From the NCBI GenBank assembly GCA_965240325.2, contig OZ251224.1, forward strand, positions 3,658,001 to 3,722,000: DNA of 64,000 nucleotides, read 5' to 3'. The translations under genes were made by a program, and so were the position numbers. Position 1 is the first letter of the stretch, and every line of letters begins with the position of its first letter. Positions 23,741 to 35,861 of the stretch are shown here, one piece after another. Source of the stretch: Rebecca billardiae RCC1528 (lineage: Eukaryota > Protista > Haptophyta). The notes beneath the pieces were generated by a model. The model was not told the origin of the DNA. It saw only the letters and a list, made by a program, of their open reading frames with translations, and ran no database searches.

Positions 23741-24316
23741 TCACTTTCCCCTGATCTGGCCGAGGGAGTCGAGGAGGCCGTTGACGTAGGCGTCTTTGTC
23801 GGCAACGCTGGTGTCGGTACTCTGCTTTGTGGCGCCAAAGAGCGTGGCGGCGAAGGTCTCCACGCCAGAGGGCGTCGTCCTGCCGAAGAGGCCCACTTCG
23901 GCGGAGCCTGTGGACGTGTCTGCATCTTTGGATGACTCGGGCAGTGGCGATGACGCGCTGCTCGCCGAGCTGCCAGCGCCGCCCATGCTGTCGCATGCGG
24001 ACTTGCAGTTCTCCTGACAGTATCCGTCGTTCCCCGGCACAAGCGCCTTGCACTCGCGCAGACATTGGGTAAGGCAATCCTCCTCTGCCTGTGCACGCAC
24101 GGGCACTGCGCTCGCGATCGCAAAGGCTGCCGCCGAGGCGCCGAGGGACAGGAGCCCCCGCCGGCCGACAGACGTCGTGGGGCACACCGACATTTGGCCG
24201 AGGCCATGGACTTCACGCCGGCCACCGCTAGGGGCGGAAGTGCACCGGGGCGCACGTGCGCTCGGCGCCGCCGCGCGCACCGCGAGCGCTGCAGTCATCA
24301 GCGCGAAAGGCGTCAT
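23741..24316 (-). CDS. small Cys-rich protein, probably thylakoid-lumen targeted (signal + transit + twin-Arg peptide)
   Basis: MTPFALMTAALAVRA leader, VGRRGLLSLGASAAAFAIASAVPVRAQA Tat-like peptide, mature domain CLTQCLRECKALVPGNDGYCQENCKSAC. Confidence 0.65.
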   Translation of the reverse strand: MTPFALMTAALAVRAAAPSARAPRCTSAPSGGRREVHGLGQMSVCPTTSVGRRGLLSLGASAAAFAIASAVPVRAQAEEDCLTQCLRECKALVPGNDGYCQENCKSACDSMGGAGSSASSASSPLPESSKDADTSTGSAEVGLFGRTTPSGVETFAATLFGATKQSTDTSVADKDAYVNGLLDSLGQIRGK

Positions 24317-24702
24317 CGCGATCGCGATTTCGCAAAGCCGCACTGCCGCACGCTGAACGCGCTACGCGCGCGAGCCGGGAGTTGGGATCTCTTGGGGGCG
24401 CCGTGCGTGCGCCGGGCGGCTGCCCAGGGCAGGGACCAACCCGCCGACGGGCCTCTATGTGACCGGCTTACCCGCACGGCTCGTCGTGCGAGGGAGATAG
24501 ATACGACAATTGGCAGATTGCCCTGCGCGAGGGCCGTGCGCTCGCGTGCATCACTTTCACGCGTGCGGGAGGTTGCCACCGCGGGGACCGAGTGTGGTTG
24601 GCGGACACCCCCAAGGGCGGCGAGGCTCGAGGTGCCCCCGGTCGACACTCGCTCAGAGCACAGCGCGCGCGGCCGTACGGGTCCGCCGCGCCTCGAGCAG
24701 CC

Positions 24703-26641
24703 ATGTCCCTCTCTGCGATGAACGGCGTGTACCGCGTGGCGAACCGCTCGTACTCTGAGACGCGCAGGAACCGACGGAGCGAGGGCGACAACACGGGTGA
24801 AAGCCCAACGCTGCGCGGCGGGCGGCCCCCGAAGCGCAGCGCCGCGCATTCGGGCACGCCGCGCGGTGGGGGCGAGAATCGTTCGGCAGCTCCGCACTCG
24901 GCTCCACCCGCTCGTGAGGCCGCGGGCGTCAGCGCCCTCGACCACGCGAGCGACACGCCGACACAGGTGGAGGACGCGCCGCGGACGCGTGCGCGCGCGC
25001 GCACGCCGCCGGACCAGGGGAGCGTGTGGGACGTCCCGCAAGTGGACGCCGTGTCAATTAGCCAGATCATCAACGCCGAGGAGCTCCGCCGACAGCTGGA
25101 CAAGTCGGAGAAGCAGCTCGCCGAGGCGCGGGCGCGGGCCGAGGCGGCAGAGCGCTCTGCAGGCTCACAGCACGGGCAGCTCGATCGGAAGCTCGAGGCT
25201 GCGCAGCGGCGCGTGGCTGAGCTCGAGCGCGAGCTGCAGCACAAGGATGTGCTGTTGAAGGCAGCAGGTGCGTACCCCTCCTGCCAACGCGCGCGCGCGC
25301 TCGCGCCGCGCCCACCGCCGCGCGCGCGCGCGCTGAGTCCGCTGCCCGCCACGCGCGCTGCCCGTGCCCTGCCGCAGCCGAGCGCGAGCGGAAGCTGGAG
25401 GAAGAGCTCAAGCGCATGCATGAGCGCACGGATGGGCTGGTGGTGCCCATCGTGCACCAGTCCTCCTCGGCGGTCAAGCTCGACCAGCTTGAGGTGCGCG
25501 TCACGCGGCGGCCGTTTCGCTCCCTGCGCGCGTGCGCGCAGCCGCATTCGCGCGCCGTCCGTGGCACTGGCGGCCGCGTCGTGATTCGCACGCAGCCGGT
25601 CACGCGCCCTCGAGGGGCGCGCGCGTCCGAGCGTGCGCACGCGCGCGCGCGGGTCGTTCAAGGCCTTCACACGTCTCGCCCCGCGCTCCGCGCCGCCCCT
25701 TGCCGCGCCGCCCTCCGCAGGCGACCGCGTCCGCGATGGCACACCAGGCCCTGGCGGCGGGCGGGAGTCATCTCGCCTCTCCGGCCTTCAACGGCGAGCG
25801 GCCGCTGCGCGACGGCAGTGTCGCCGCTGTGCAGCGCGCGGATGCCTCCGCGGCGAGCGAGGCGGCGGCGCGCGTAGAGGCCGACGCCGAGGCGGAGAAG
25901 GCCGCCGCCGCCGCCGCCGCCGCCGCCACCGCCTCGGAGCACGAGGCCGCGGCCGCTGCCGAGCGCGAGAAGGCGGCAGCAGCGGCGGCCGCTGCCGCCG
26001 CCGCAGCCGCAGCTGAAGAGGCGGAGCGGCAGCGCGCCGCGGCCGAGGCTGAGGCGGCCGCGAAGGCCGCGGCCGAGGCGGAGGCGGCCGCGAAGGCCGC
26101 GGCCGAGGCGGAGGCCAAAGCGACCGCCGCGGCGCAGGCGAAGGCGGCTGCCGAGGCGGAGGCGAAGGCTGCGGCGGACGCGGCGGCGCAAGCCAAGGCG
26201 GAGCAGGAGGAGGCTGCGGCCGCGGCCGCCGCCGAGGAGGCTGAGCGCGCCAAGGCGGCTGCCGAGGCGGAGGCGGAGGCCACGCGCGCCGAGGTGGCGC
26301 GCGCCGCGGCTGCCAAGCCCGCGGCCGAGCCGGAGGCGCCGAAGCCCGCCGCCGCGGCAGACGGGGAGCCGGCTGCCGCTGCAAAGAAAGCAGCGCCGCC
26401 GCCAGCAGCGCCCGCCGCGCCGAGTGGGCCGCCTGTCTTCAAGGAGAAGAATGCCAAGATCGTGATCTGCCAGTCGTGCATGCAGAAGGTGACGAACGCA
26501 GACTGGGCAAAGAAGGAGCACCGGTACGCCGCAGCCCAGGCCCGCGAGCGCGTCCAGGGGGCGCTCGTCTCACAGGCTCCCCCGCCCGCGCGCGCCCGCG
26601 CGCGCCCGCGCCGCGCCCGCCGCTGCAGGTGTCCGACATAG
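24703..26641 (+). CDS. coiled-coil, Ala/Glu/Lys-repeat protein with a putative C-terminal C2HC zinc finger
   Basis: Exons 24703-25267, 25378-25493, 25721-26523, 26629-26641. AKAAAEAEA repeats; spliced C-terminus CQSCMQKVTNADWAKKEHRCPT*. Confidence 0.65.
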
Positions 26642-27717
26642 TCGGCTGCTTGTGCCTCGCGGCGCAGTACGGGCGTGAAGGCCGCGCGCTTGTGCCGGCT
26701 TGGCTCGCGCGGGTGGCATGCGTGCGCCCGCCACCCACGCGAGCCTCACTGCTGCTTCAGTGTCGGCCGGGGCCAACCACGCCTCCATCCCCCGACCGCG
26801 CGGCCGGATCGCTGCGCTGGGCGCCCCGCTGCGCCGCGGGGCCGAGTCGGGCAACTCCTACTCTGTGCCATCAGGGCTTGCCACGAGTCGCGGCTGTGGG
26901 CTCGACTCGGCTGGGGGCCACGGTGGTGCACGGCTCACGCTGCCCTTGGGAAGGGGGTCAGCGTCACTCACGGCACCAGTGACCAGAGGCAGAGGCAGCG
27001 GCACGGAGCCTGGCGGACGGCGCGCTGCTTACACAGCCGACCTCACTATCTGGCCGCGCAGCCCGCGCAGTGTCGCCGTCGGACGGGCCACGCGCGGGAC
27101 GGCGGTCGGCAGCGATCACTCTGAGGTGCACCGTGGCACCGGGTGTCAGTTACTCGCCCTCAGTCTGCCGGGATCGGCAGCGTACGTGCCGAGTACGTCT
27201 GGGCCGTCAATCTCGGAAACTTATTGCCGTCTACTCAAATACTACTCAGTAGGCACTAATCGGCACTAACTATTACTTTGACGTCCGTTAGTCCCCCTGT
27301 CCGCCCGCGGGGCTGTCCGGCCCATACTGTGTCACATACACTGATACAGTTTACTATTATGTTGTAACGTGCACGTACTTGGCCGCGACACGAAGTCGGC
27401 GTTGGTGGGCCTGCACCGCGATCGGATTGCTTGAGCACGGCCTTGAGCTGCTGGAGCGCGATCCACCTGCGCTGCGCGGCTCACTGCTAACAGCCACCCG
27501 TCCCAGCCCCCTACATCAAGGCCCCTGGTATTGAAAAATACCCGCAGCTATTCGTTGCCAGTCCATTTCATAGTCACTGAGCTCAAAAACCTCGCTGCGA
27601 AGTTTTTGAGCCCGCTGAGCCGAAGACGGGCTCAGAGGCTTTCTGGGACGGGTGGCATCTCTGATCTCAGCATTTCGTCGATCGTCACGGACTCGGCAGC
27701 GGCAAGCGCGAAACAGC

Positions 27718-28131
27718 ATGGCGGTCCCTCCGGAGAGTTTGGAATCGCCGCCGCACGAACGAAGACATGGTCAAGCTGGCGCGCCGGCAGCTGCCTCATC
27801 CGCCAACGACGCCACGCTGGATGCGTTGGGTGTGCAAATGGCCGCACGAGTCGCTGATTACGTGGCGAGCGAGGCCACGGCCCCTTTGGAGAGCTATCGT
27901 TGCCTCGACGAAATGAACACAGCGGCAGCTGACCGCGTTCGCGCGATGGGCGAGCGCGTGGCTGGCCTTACCGAGGCCGCCGAAGCGCTTCACTCGAAGC
28001 ACGCCAAGCTGCTTCCATTACTTGCGCAAGTGAGTGACATCGACTCGCAAGTCACCGAGCTCGAGCGCGTTGTCATCCAGCTGAATGAGTACACGAAGCG
28101 ACTCGAACATCGCTTCAGGGCCCTTGCATAG
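27718..28131 (+). CDS. BLOC1S2: biogenesis of lysosome-related organelles complex 1 subunit 2
   Basis: Short coiled coil: DYVASE...YRCLDEMN...LLPLLAQVSDIDSQVTELERVVIQLNEYTKRLEHRF matches the BLOC1S2 pattern. Confidence 0.75.
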   Translation: MAVPPESLESPPHERRHGQAGAPAAASSANDATLDALGVQMAARVADYVASEATAPLESYRCLDEMNTAAADRVRAMGERVAGLTEAAEALHSKHAKLLPLLAQVSDIDSQVTELERVVIQLNEYTKRLEHRFRALA

Positions 28132-29100
28132 GCAGGCCTCGCTGCACCCCCAAGCTGTCGTCATTCGCCTCTCAGCGGAAGTCCATTGCCACTCCACGAC
28201 AACGGTATTTGTGCCAAGTGACCAGGGAAGAACCGTGACCAGTAGCTGCAGGCGGATCACTACGCGGCCGCGCACAGGCGGCGGCTGGCGCCGCGAGCGT
28301 CGTCGTCTCGCCGATGACGGATGAGTCACTTTCAGTGACTGGGGCCCGACGCCTCGTATGCTCCGATCGATGGGCGATGCCTCAGAATCAGAGTTAGACT
28401 CGATCAGTCTGCCGAGATGTGATGAGTATGTTATAATGGCATCATAGACAGCTCTTGGCCCGGCGGTGCCGAGAGTCCCGTGCCAGACTCCCGCCCGGAG
28501 TGCTCGGCACAGTGACAGTCGCCGTCGGCACTCTCGACTTCACCACGCTGTCTCGGGCCGGGCCGCGCCCGCCGATTCGGTACTGATTTAATACCCGTCC
28601 GCGGGGCGGCCGTGACAGTGCGGCGCAGGTCATATCCGGGCTCGTATACCGCCATTACCGGTGTATGCATTGAGCCAGTTGTCACCAAGTCCAACGACGA
28701 TTGCCCGTGATGACTAGGAACGGTAAAGTGCTCAGTGTGCTGGCCCGTGGCCGGACCGTTGACAAGGACTCCTGACTACCAGTTAGACGCTACCGGGCCG
28801 CGCTGCTCGCCAATCCGCCTGTCGGATTCGTAGCGCCGAGAGAGTGTGAGGCTCTGAGCCGCGTAAACGTTATGCTTATTTGTAGCGGCTGCTTGGAATC
28901 GGCGTGCAAGAGTGGCGGCCGAGATCGGCTGTTGCTGGCAAGGGGTGAGACTATCGGCGGACACGTATCCAGCATCCTGACCAGACGGCGAGCATCTGAC
29001 GTGCCTATTACGAATGTCGCAAGATGACGCATCTAGGGTGCCAACGTTTACGCACGCGACCACATACAGCGTGCCGAAGAGTGAAGAGTTGACTGCAACG

Positions 29101-29151
<51 letters not shown>
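29101..29151. repeat. poly-C homopolymer (51 nt)
   Basis: Uninterrupted C run. Confidence 0.95.
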
Positions 29152-29153
<2 letters not shown>

Positions 29154-29488
29154 CCCGGAGCTCATGACCCGATGAAGCTGCCAACTCAAGACATCGTCGT
29201 GGGCGCATGCATGCAGGCGACTTCTCGCGTGCGGAGAAAACAATCGGAAATCAAAGGGAAGGTTACGGCAGAACCGCAGAAGCACATCGGAGGAGCGGCG
29301 GTTCATCCTGATGATCAATGTATTTGATGGTCCTTTGGATCAATCAATACTGTAAGGCATGATTCGCACGAACGATTCGTTCGTACATAGTGAGTGAGCG
29401 CCGATTGGCTCCGCGGAAAAGTATCAGAGCCTGAAACAGAGTCGGAGCTACCTCGCTGCGGTCGGCGGTGAAAAGCGGCGGCCTGTGA

Positions 29489-30304
29489 ATGACTTTATTT
29501 GGGGCCGAGCAGGCGAAAACGCCCGCGGAACGAGGCCAACCTTCGTGGGTTGGCAGTCATCAACATCAGTATCGGGGCGTCCGCGTTTGCCTGGGCGACG
29601 CGGGCAGCCTCGCGCACGCAAGCCTCGCCATGGTGTTCGTGTGCTTCTCGCGCGCGCCACAAGAGCTGGGCCCGAACACGCTCGCGGAGGAGATCGAACG
29701 CCTCGACAAAGAGGCACAGGCGGCTTTCGACCGCTTTGAAAAGCGCGCAAAGACCATCCGCATTCGGGATGCTTTTGAGCGCGACGAAGCCTGTGCGCGC
29801 ATGCGGCCAGTTGGCAACCTACGCGAGCAGCTGCAGTGTGCGAGATTGGGCGTGATGGCAAACCGTCGTATCTCACCTGCGCTTGCCTCCGCGTCCCTCC
29901 GCCCCGACCCCTTGCCCCCCTCCTCCCCCCGTCACGCAGTGCAAGATCTTCCAGAGTATCACGCTTTCCTGCAGAAGCAGGCAGAGTGGCACTCGGTGCT
30001 GGAGTACGCGGCGGGTGCAGAGGTGCAAACAGACATTACGCGCCCGCATTCGAGGACGAGCTCCAGCTCGGAGGACTCAATCGACGCCGACGACATCGGC
30101 ATGTCCGAGGCGGACGCCGCAGACGCGGCCCCAGCAGCAGCTGCTGATGCAGCACGGCCTGCCGTGGTCGTCGGCGCGCCATCTGTGCTGCCAGCAGATG
30201 GCGGCGCAGCGCCGAGCTGGCGGGCTCGTCTTTGGTTGGGAACAGGGCGCACTTATTTGCCAGCTCATGGCACGAGGTTAAGCGCAGAGCCATCCCGAGC
30301 ATGA
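29489..30304 (+). CDS. hypothetical protein (exon structure uncertain)
   Basis: Open frame with protein-like segments (LAEEIERLDKEAQAAFDRFEKRAK; DLPEYHAFLQKQAEWHSVLEY) separated by intron-like pyrimidine tracts. Confidence 0.35.
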   Translation: MTLFGAEQAKTPAERGQPSWVGSHQHQYRGVRVCLGDAGSLAHASLAMVFVCFSRAPQELGPNTLAEEIERLDKEAQAAFDRFEKRAKTIRIRDAFERDEACARMRPVGNLREQLQCARLGVMANRRISPALASASLRPDPLPPSSPRHAVQDLPEYHAFLQKQAEWHSVLEYAAGAEVQTDITRPHSRTSSSSEDSIDADDIGMSEADAADAAPAAAADAARPAVVVGAPSVLPADGGAAPSWRARLWLGTGRTYLPAHGTRLSAEPSRA

Positions 30305-31133
30305 ACCAGCACGGGCTGACTTTGGGCATCGGTCCTGCCGCCTGACTGTCGGGCAGTGGCAACGCCAACGGACACGGTCCCGGCCGGGCTGCGAGCTGCT
30401 GTCCTTTTGTGCACGACTATTGCTGTCATCATAACTTATCATTAGGCTAAACTCACTTGTAAACTACTAAGCTTAGAAGGCCGGTCACGTCTGCGACTGC
30501 TGCTGCGCACGATGATCAGCCCCTGCGGCGCCCTGACAGTGCCGCCCGCGGTAACCCGTATAACCCGGCGTCGCCGTCGGCGCGGCCGCGGCAGCGGCCG
30601 GCAGCCCCGGCGCGCCGCCCCGCCCCCGCCGGTGCGGGCCTGGCCCGCCTGGGCCCGTGGCCCTGGCCGCCTCGGCCTCGGGCCGCCGCCCTGCCCCTGG
30701 GGGCCCTGGGCCTGGGCCGGGCCGCGGCCCGGAGCCGTCAATTCACTGCGGCGATGCCAACAGACAGACGAACAGTCTGCTGAAGGACAAGTGTCAAGTG
30801 GCCAAGGGCAAGTGCTGAGCCTTCATTCTTCAATCAACTTTCAAGATTCAAGAATCAACTATCAATAAGGCGGCCGCCCAGATCGCCGCCGGGGCGCCAT
30901 CGAGTGATGATCGACTATATCCGGACGAGGCGGTCGGCGGAGCGCCGCGGGAGCGCGACGAGGCGGGTCGAGGGCGAGGCGGACTGGCGCCCGCGGGGCG
31001 CCGCGGGGCCCGCTGCTCATGCTGCGGCCGCGCAGCTCTGACCACAGACGTCACCAGTAGACGGTCGACGGGAGACCGAGCGTCTCGAGCGAGGCTGTGA
31101 GCAGTGCTGAGCGGGCGTGCATTACATTGCGAA

Positions 31134-33155
31134 TCACGCCGTGCGCTGCCGCTTGCTCGACCCCGACGGCCATGTCAGCTTGGGCCCGTACGCCGGCGGC
31201 GGCGGTGGCGGCGCTGCCGATGCGGCCGCGGGTCCCAATGCCGAGTGCGCGCTGCTGTCGTCACGGCTGCCGAGCGAGGCGGCCGAGCGCGCAAGTGGCG
31301 GTGCCGGCGCAGCTCCGCGGCGCGACGCTGGATCGGGCCCCTGTCCGGGTGCTGGTGCGAGCTTGATGAGCGGAGAGCACTCCTCGCCCGCAGCCCCGCC
31401 CTTGCCCTCCGCCAGCGACGGTGCCGGTGCCAACGGTCGCGGCAGAGGCGACCTCGAATCGTTGGCCTCACCGAGCGGCGACGCGCTGGCGGGCGTCGGC
31501 GGCGACGGCGTGCCCGGGACGAGGACGGTGGCCTCGTCAGGCACGTCGCCGCCTGCGCCGTTTTCCTTGCCACTGCCGACCGCCACCCCAGCCCGCCGCC
31601 CCGGGTGCGAGGCCGCAATGGCCGCGCCGGTAAGCGAAGCACGAGGCGGCTCCCGGCCGGGCGATGGGCGCGCGCTGGGAGGACCGCGGGACACGCCAGT
31701 GCACAGCTGCGTGTCGCACACCTCCGCGTCGGGCTGGCCACGCTTGGCGGCCGCGAGACGGACCGGGTTGACGAAGCCCGCGCGCGCGGCAGCGGTCGAC
31801 GCAAGGCCACCCACGACGCCTGAGCCAGCGCCGCGCGCAGCACTCGGAGCGGCGGCGCGCAGCGGCCAGCGGCTGCCCAGCAGGTGGGCAGCGGAGCGAA
31901 TGGGCGCGCGCGCGCCGGCGGCGCCAGCCGGCGCCGGCGGCGCCCCCTCGTGCTCGCCGTCCTCGCTGCGCCGGCTCAGCTCGCCGACCTCGGCCACAGT
32001 CGCGGACGAGTGCGGCTGGCGCGCGGCCGGCACGGCCGAGCCGGGCGCCGGCCGCTGTTCAAACGGCGCGAGTGTGAGCGCGCTCACACTGCCCTCGACG
32101 CACACGCGCTGCACCAGCTCGGCAGGCCACGCGGGGAGCGGCACGGCGGCGCTGAGCTCGGCGGCGCTCGGCGGCGCTCGGCCCAGCGCGCCGGCGGGCA
32201 CGAGCCCCGCGCGCTCCAGCGCGTCGCGGAGGTGCACGATCGTGCGCGTCGCCGCATCGTACACGGGCGCGTGCGTGAAGATGAGCCGCGACGTGCGGAA
32301 GCGGCGCGCGTACAGGCTGATCTCGTCCGCGCTGCCTCCGAGCGCGCCGCGCGAGCGGAGCACGCGCAGCACGTCGGAGGCCGAGCCGAACTGCGCGCAC
32401 ATGCGGTGCGCGGTGCGCACGCCCATGCCCGACGCCGAGGGCAGGTAGTCGCAGCCGCTCAGCACGCACATCTCCGTGAACAGCCCCGCCTCCCACCGCT
32501 CCCATGGCTCGAAGAGGCGCGCCGAGCCCGGGCCGGCCGAGCGCACGCGGCGCAGCGCGTCGAACTCGTACAGCTCGGCGTTGCCCGAGCGATCGAGCTT
32601 GTACAGCACGCGCGGGCAGTGGTACGCCAGGAGGTCCGAGTCCTCGGTCACGACGGCGTGGACGGCGCCCGAGAGGCAGAGGTGGGCGAGCTGCGCATCC
32701 GCCTCGTACGGCGCGACGTAGTAGCACACGCCGACCTCGCGCAGCGCGCGGATCAGCGCGAACGCCATCTCCGGCGTGATGTCCAGCGCCTTGTAGAAGG
32801 CGTCCGCCGTCTCTTGCTCGCTCGCGCCGCTGCAGCGCAGGTACTCTGCGTGCGAGCGGCGGGCGGTGCGCGAGGCGTGCCGATGCTGCTCCGTCGGAGC
32901 CTTGCACGGAAAGTACGCGCCGTCGAAGACGAGCACGGGCTCCACGCCGTGGAAGCGGAGCATGCGGACCATTTCGAGCGCGAAGAGCGTGAACGCCGTC
33001 GTCTCCTCGCCCGTCGCAAGCTCCGTCGCGCACCGGCGCGCGCCGCGGTGGAGCCAGACGTACCCATCAACGGCGACGCGCTCTCCACGGAATTCGCTCA
33101 CGTGCGCCTGGCGCTTGGCGCCCTCAAGGAAAGGGAGCAGCCCGGGAATCCCCAT
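31134..33155 (-). CDS. EXO1: exonuclease 1 (XPG/Rad2 family)
   Basis: MGIPGLLPFL, VAVDGYVWLHRGA, LVFDGA, VAPYEADAQLAHL, TEDSDLL, MCVLSGCDYLPS. Confidence 0.92.
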   Translation of the reverse strand: MGIPGLLPFLEGAKRQAHVSEFRGERVAVDGYVWLHRGARRCATELATGEETTAFTLFALEMVRMLRFHGVEPVLVFDGAYFPCKAPTEQHRHASRTARRSHAEYLRCSGASEQETADAFYKALDITPEMAFALIRALREVGVCYYVAPYEADAQLAHLCLSGAVHAVVTEDSDLLAYHCPRVLYKLDRSGNAELYEFDALRRVRSAGPGSARLFEPWERWEAGLFTEMCVLSGCDYLPSASGMGVRTAHRMCAQFGSASDVLRVLRSRGALGGSADEISLYARRFRTSRLIFTHAPVYDAATRTIVHLRDALERAGLVPAGALGRAPPSAAELSAAVPLPAWPAELVQRVCVEGSVSALTLAPFEQRPAPGSAVPAARQPHSSATVAEVGELSRRSEDGEHEGAPPAPAGAAGARAPIRSAAHLLGSRWPLRAAAPSAARGAGSGVVGGLASTAAARAGFVNPVRLAAAKRGQPDAEVCDTQLCTGVSRGPPSARPSPGREPPRASLTGAAIAASHPGRRAGVAVGSGKENGAGGDVPDEATVLVPGTPSPPTPASASPLGEANDSRSPLPRPLAPAPSLAEGKGGAAGEECSPLIKLAPAPGQGPDPASRRGAAPAPPLARSAASLGSRDDSSAHSALGPAAASAAPPPPPPAYGPKLTWPSGSSKRQRTA

Positions 33156-33356
33156 GCCGCCACCCGCGTGGCGTGCTCTTCCCCCACCCGCGCTGCCCCT
33201 GCGTCCGGGGAGCCAGCTCCCAGGCCCCCAGCGCGAGGACGCCGACCACCACCGTTGCAGTGGGGGCCTCAAGGACTCGGCCCGGGCGGGCCGGGGCCGC
33301 CGACCGGCGGATCGCGGATCCAGGATTCAAGGACCGATTTCACGATTTGAGATTCA

Positions 33357-34643
33357 ATGATGGCGGACACGATGCAGCGTTCGGAGAACCCGCACGAGCA
33401 GCTCGTGCGCGAGCTGTCGGAAGCGGCGAGCTCAACCCCCAGATGGATCGCCAGCGCAAGCAAGCTCGGCCAAGATCGCCCCGCCCCGCGCGTAGACGCC
33501 GCGCCACGGCGTCCGCCTGCTCGCACGATCGAGTGGAGCGCGCTCGGCGAGGGCAGCGGCGCGTTTGCCAGGCGCGGCGAGCTCGTGGCTGAGCTCCACG
33601 AGGCGTGCACCGTGGAGGGCGGCCGCACGGCCGCCAACGCACCGCCCGTATCCATCCGCGCGCGGGGGAGTGCCATCGGCGCTGACGGCGCCTTTGCGCT
33701 CGCCCAGTGCCTCGCGGTCTGCGCGCCGCTCGAGCTGGTGCAGCTGGACGTGAGCAAGGCGGCTCTGGGCGACGAAGGCGTGCACGCACTGGCGAGCCTG
33801 TTCTGCACGGCGCACGCCCCAGCCGTGCGCGTGCTCACGCTCAGTCTCGCGGTGAACGGGCTCACCTCGGAGAGCGGCCCGGCGCTCGCCGCCGTGATCG
33901 CGCCCCAAGCGCGCCCGCTCGGCGGGAGTGACGGCGGCGGGCGCGGCGTGCGTGAGCTGCTGCTCGCGCACAACACGCTGGGCGACAGCGGCTGCGCGCA
34001 CCTCGCGGCGGGTTTGGCCCGTGCAGGGTGTGGCGTGACGCGCCTGTCACTCGCCTCGAACGCCATCGGCGATGCCGGCGCCTCAGCCCTGGTGGACGCA
34101 CTGCCATCGGTGCCAAGTCTGACTGCGCTCGATCTGGCCGACAACGGGCTCACGGCGCGGGGCGTGCGCATGCTCGCCCGCGTGCTGCCGCGCACGGCGG
34201 TGCGAGAGCTGCGCATCGGAGGGCACCCGATCGAGATGGCCGGCGACACGGGCGCAGACGAGCACGCCCCCGCGCTCTGGCGAGACTTCGCTGCATGCGC
34301 GACGCTCCGCCGGCTGCACGTCGATCGGTGCGCGCTCGGGCTGAGTGCAGTCGGGCACCTGCTCCCGATGCTGGTGGAGCCGGCGTGCACGCTCGTCGAG
34401 CTCTCGCTGGTGGGCAATCGGATGAGTCTCCAAGCGGCGCGCGACCTGCTCGCCGTCAGCGGCATTGAGCACACGCAGGACTCGGGCGGATCACACGCCT
34501 TCCGCCTCGTTCGCCGCACAGCAGCGGCGGCGCAACCCGCTGCGGCGGCCACAACCCCTACTGGTGGCAACGGCGCCCGAGGCTCGCAGCGCACAGTGGC
34601 CACAGAGCAAGGCAGGCTCGACTGCTGCCGGGTGCTCTTCTGA
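33357..34643 (+). CDS. leucine-rich repeat protein (RNI-like)
   Basis: Repeated LxLxxNxLGDxG motifs (LLLAHNTLGDSG, LSLASNAIGDAG, LDLADNGLTARG). Confidence 0.8.
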   Translation: MMADTMQRSENPHEQLVRELSEAASSTPRWIASASKLGQDRPAPRVDAAPRRPPARTIEWSALGEGSGAFARRGELVAELHEACTVEGGRTAANAPPVSIRARGSAIGADGAFALAQCLAVCAPLELVQLDVSKAALGDEGVHALASLFCTAHAPAVRVLTLSLAVNGLTSESGPALAAVIAPQARPLGGSDGGGRGVRELLLAHNTLGDSGCAHLAAGLARAGCGVTRLSLASNAIGDAGASALVDALPSVPSLTALDLADNGLTARGVRMLARVLPRTAVRELRIGGHPIEMAGDTGADEHAPALWRDFAACATLRRLHVDRCALGLSAVGHLLPMLVEPACTLVELSLVGNRMSLQAARDLLAVSGIEHTQDSGGSHAFRLVRRTAAAAQPAAAATTPTGGNGARGSQRTVATEQGRLDCCRVLF

Positions 34644-35861
34644 ACGAGGACGACGGTGACACGGTGCGGCTCCGCGGAGCTGCGAGTGCCGCTCTAGCGC
34701 CGCCTGATGGCCACCACCGCACCGCGGCGCACGACCTCGTCGCTCACGGGGCGGACGGCCTCGTCGCTCGTACACAGCCGGTGCGGATGGCCAGGAGGCG
34801 GCTACTGTACTCATTCGGACATAGTGGCCGCAGCGGTCGCGCGTTACCAGCGGGCGGTCTGGTCGGTTGGCGGACGAACTCGGGACTCGCTGCCGCTCGG
34901 CGGTGGTGCCAGTCGGCGGATTCTGCGGCGCCACGCGGCGCAAGCTCCGGGTCCCCGTGCCAGGGCGGACTCACTACTCAGGCGCCCGCCGCCCGCCTGG
35001 TCAGGCCCGGCCGCGGGCTGGCCCCGCCGCTCGGCACCGTGGTCGGCCGCGCGGGCCGGCCCGGCCCGAGGCCGAGGCCGAGACCTGGGAGTCCGAGTGC
35101 GGAGTGGGCGGAGTGGCGCCTGGCGATGCCAGGCGAGTGCCGTGAATCGTGGCGTCGCCGTCTGTCGGAGGCCGGTCGGCGGGTCGGCTGCGTCAGGCCG
35201 TCCGAGACCGAGGCCGTGCGCCCCGGGGCCGGGCCCGGCGGCCGCCCTGCACTCCACTCCGTCCAGAGTGCAGCCGGGCCCGCGGGCGCGGGCCCCGCGG
35301 CGGGCGCGGCCGCTGCCGCCGACCCAGATTGAGCCATATGGCATATTGCCTACTGGCTCCGGGATGGCTGGGCCGCGGTGTGCCGGTGTGACACTGTCAG
35401 TTCGGCCAGTGACTTGTCGGCGGCTCTGCCCGACTGCCGTCACTCTGAGTCTGCCATTCACTACTCAGTCCGACTCTGACTCGTCCGAGTTGATGGCACC
35501 AGGCCCAGCAGAGTACTCCGTCTAACTGCTCTCGCATTTGGCCGTGCCGACCGGCGGTTCAGGAGTTCGGGTTCCGACTAATTCAGTAATTGACATATTG
35601 TAGTCAGTACTCTGATTCCGAGCGGCGGCTGCTATAGATACAACAGCTCTGAGCCCATCATCATGATGCTCGTCCGACCATTTCTGAGCATTGAGCTGAC
35701 CGCCGCCGGCGCCGGACCGTGGCAGCCATGGCAGGTCTGAGGTCTGACCAGAGATAGTCCAGCCTGACCCGTGACCGACGCCGAGAATCCGAGTCCGTCA
35801 CTTACCGCTGGCGAACTCAGCGGTTCGGACAAGAAGCTGCACTGAGTGGGCGAGTACGAGC

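Noticed and set aside
28776-29318. Poly-Gly ORF
   Set aside because: Created by the poly-C tract; the remainder is not protein-like.
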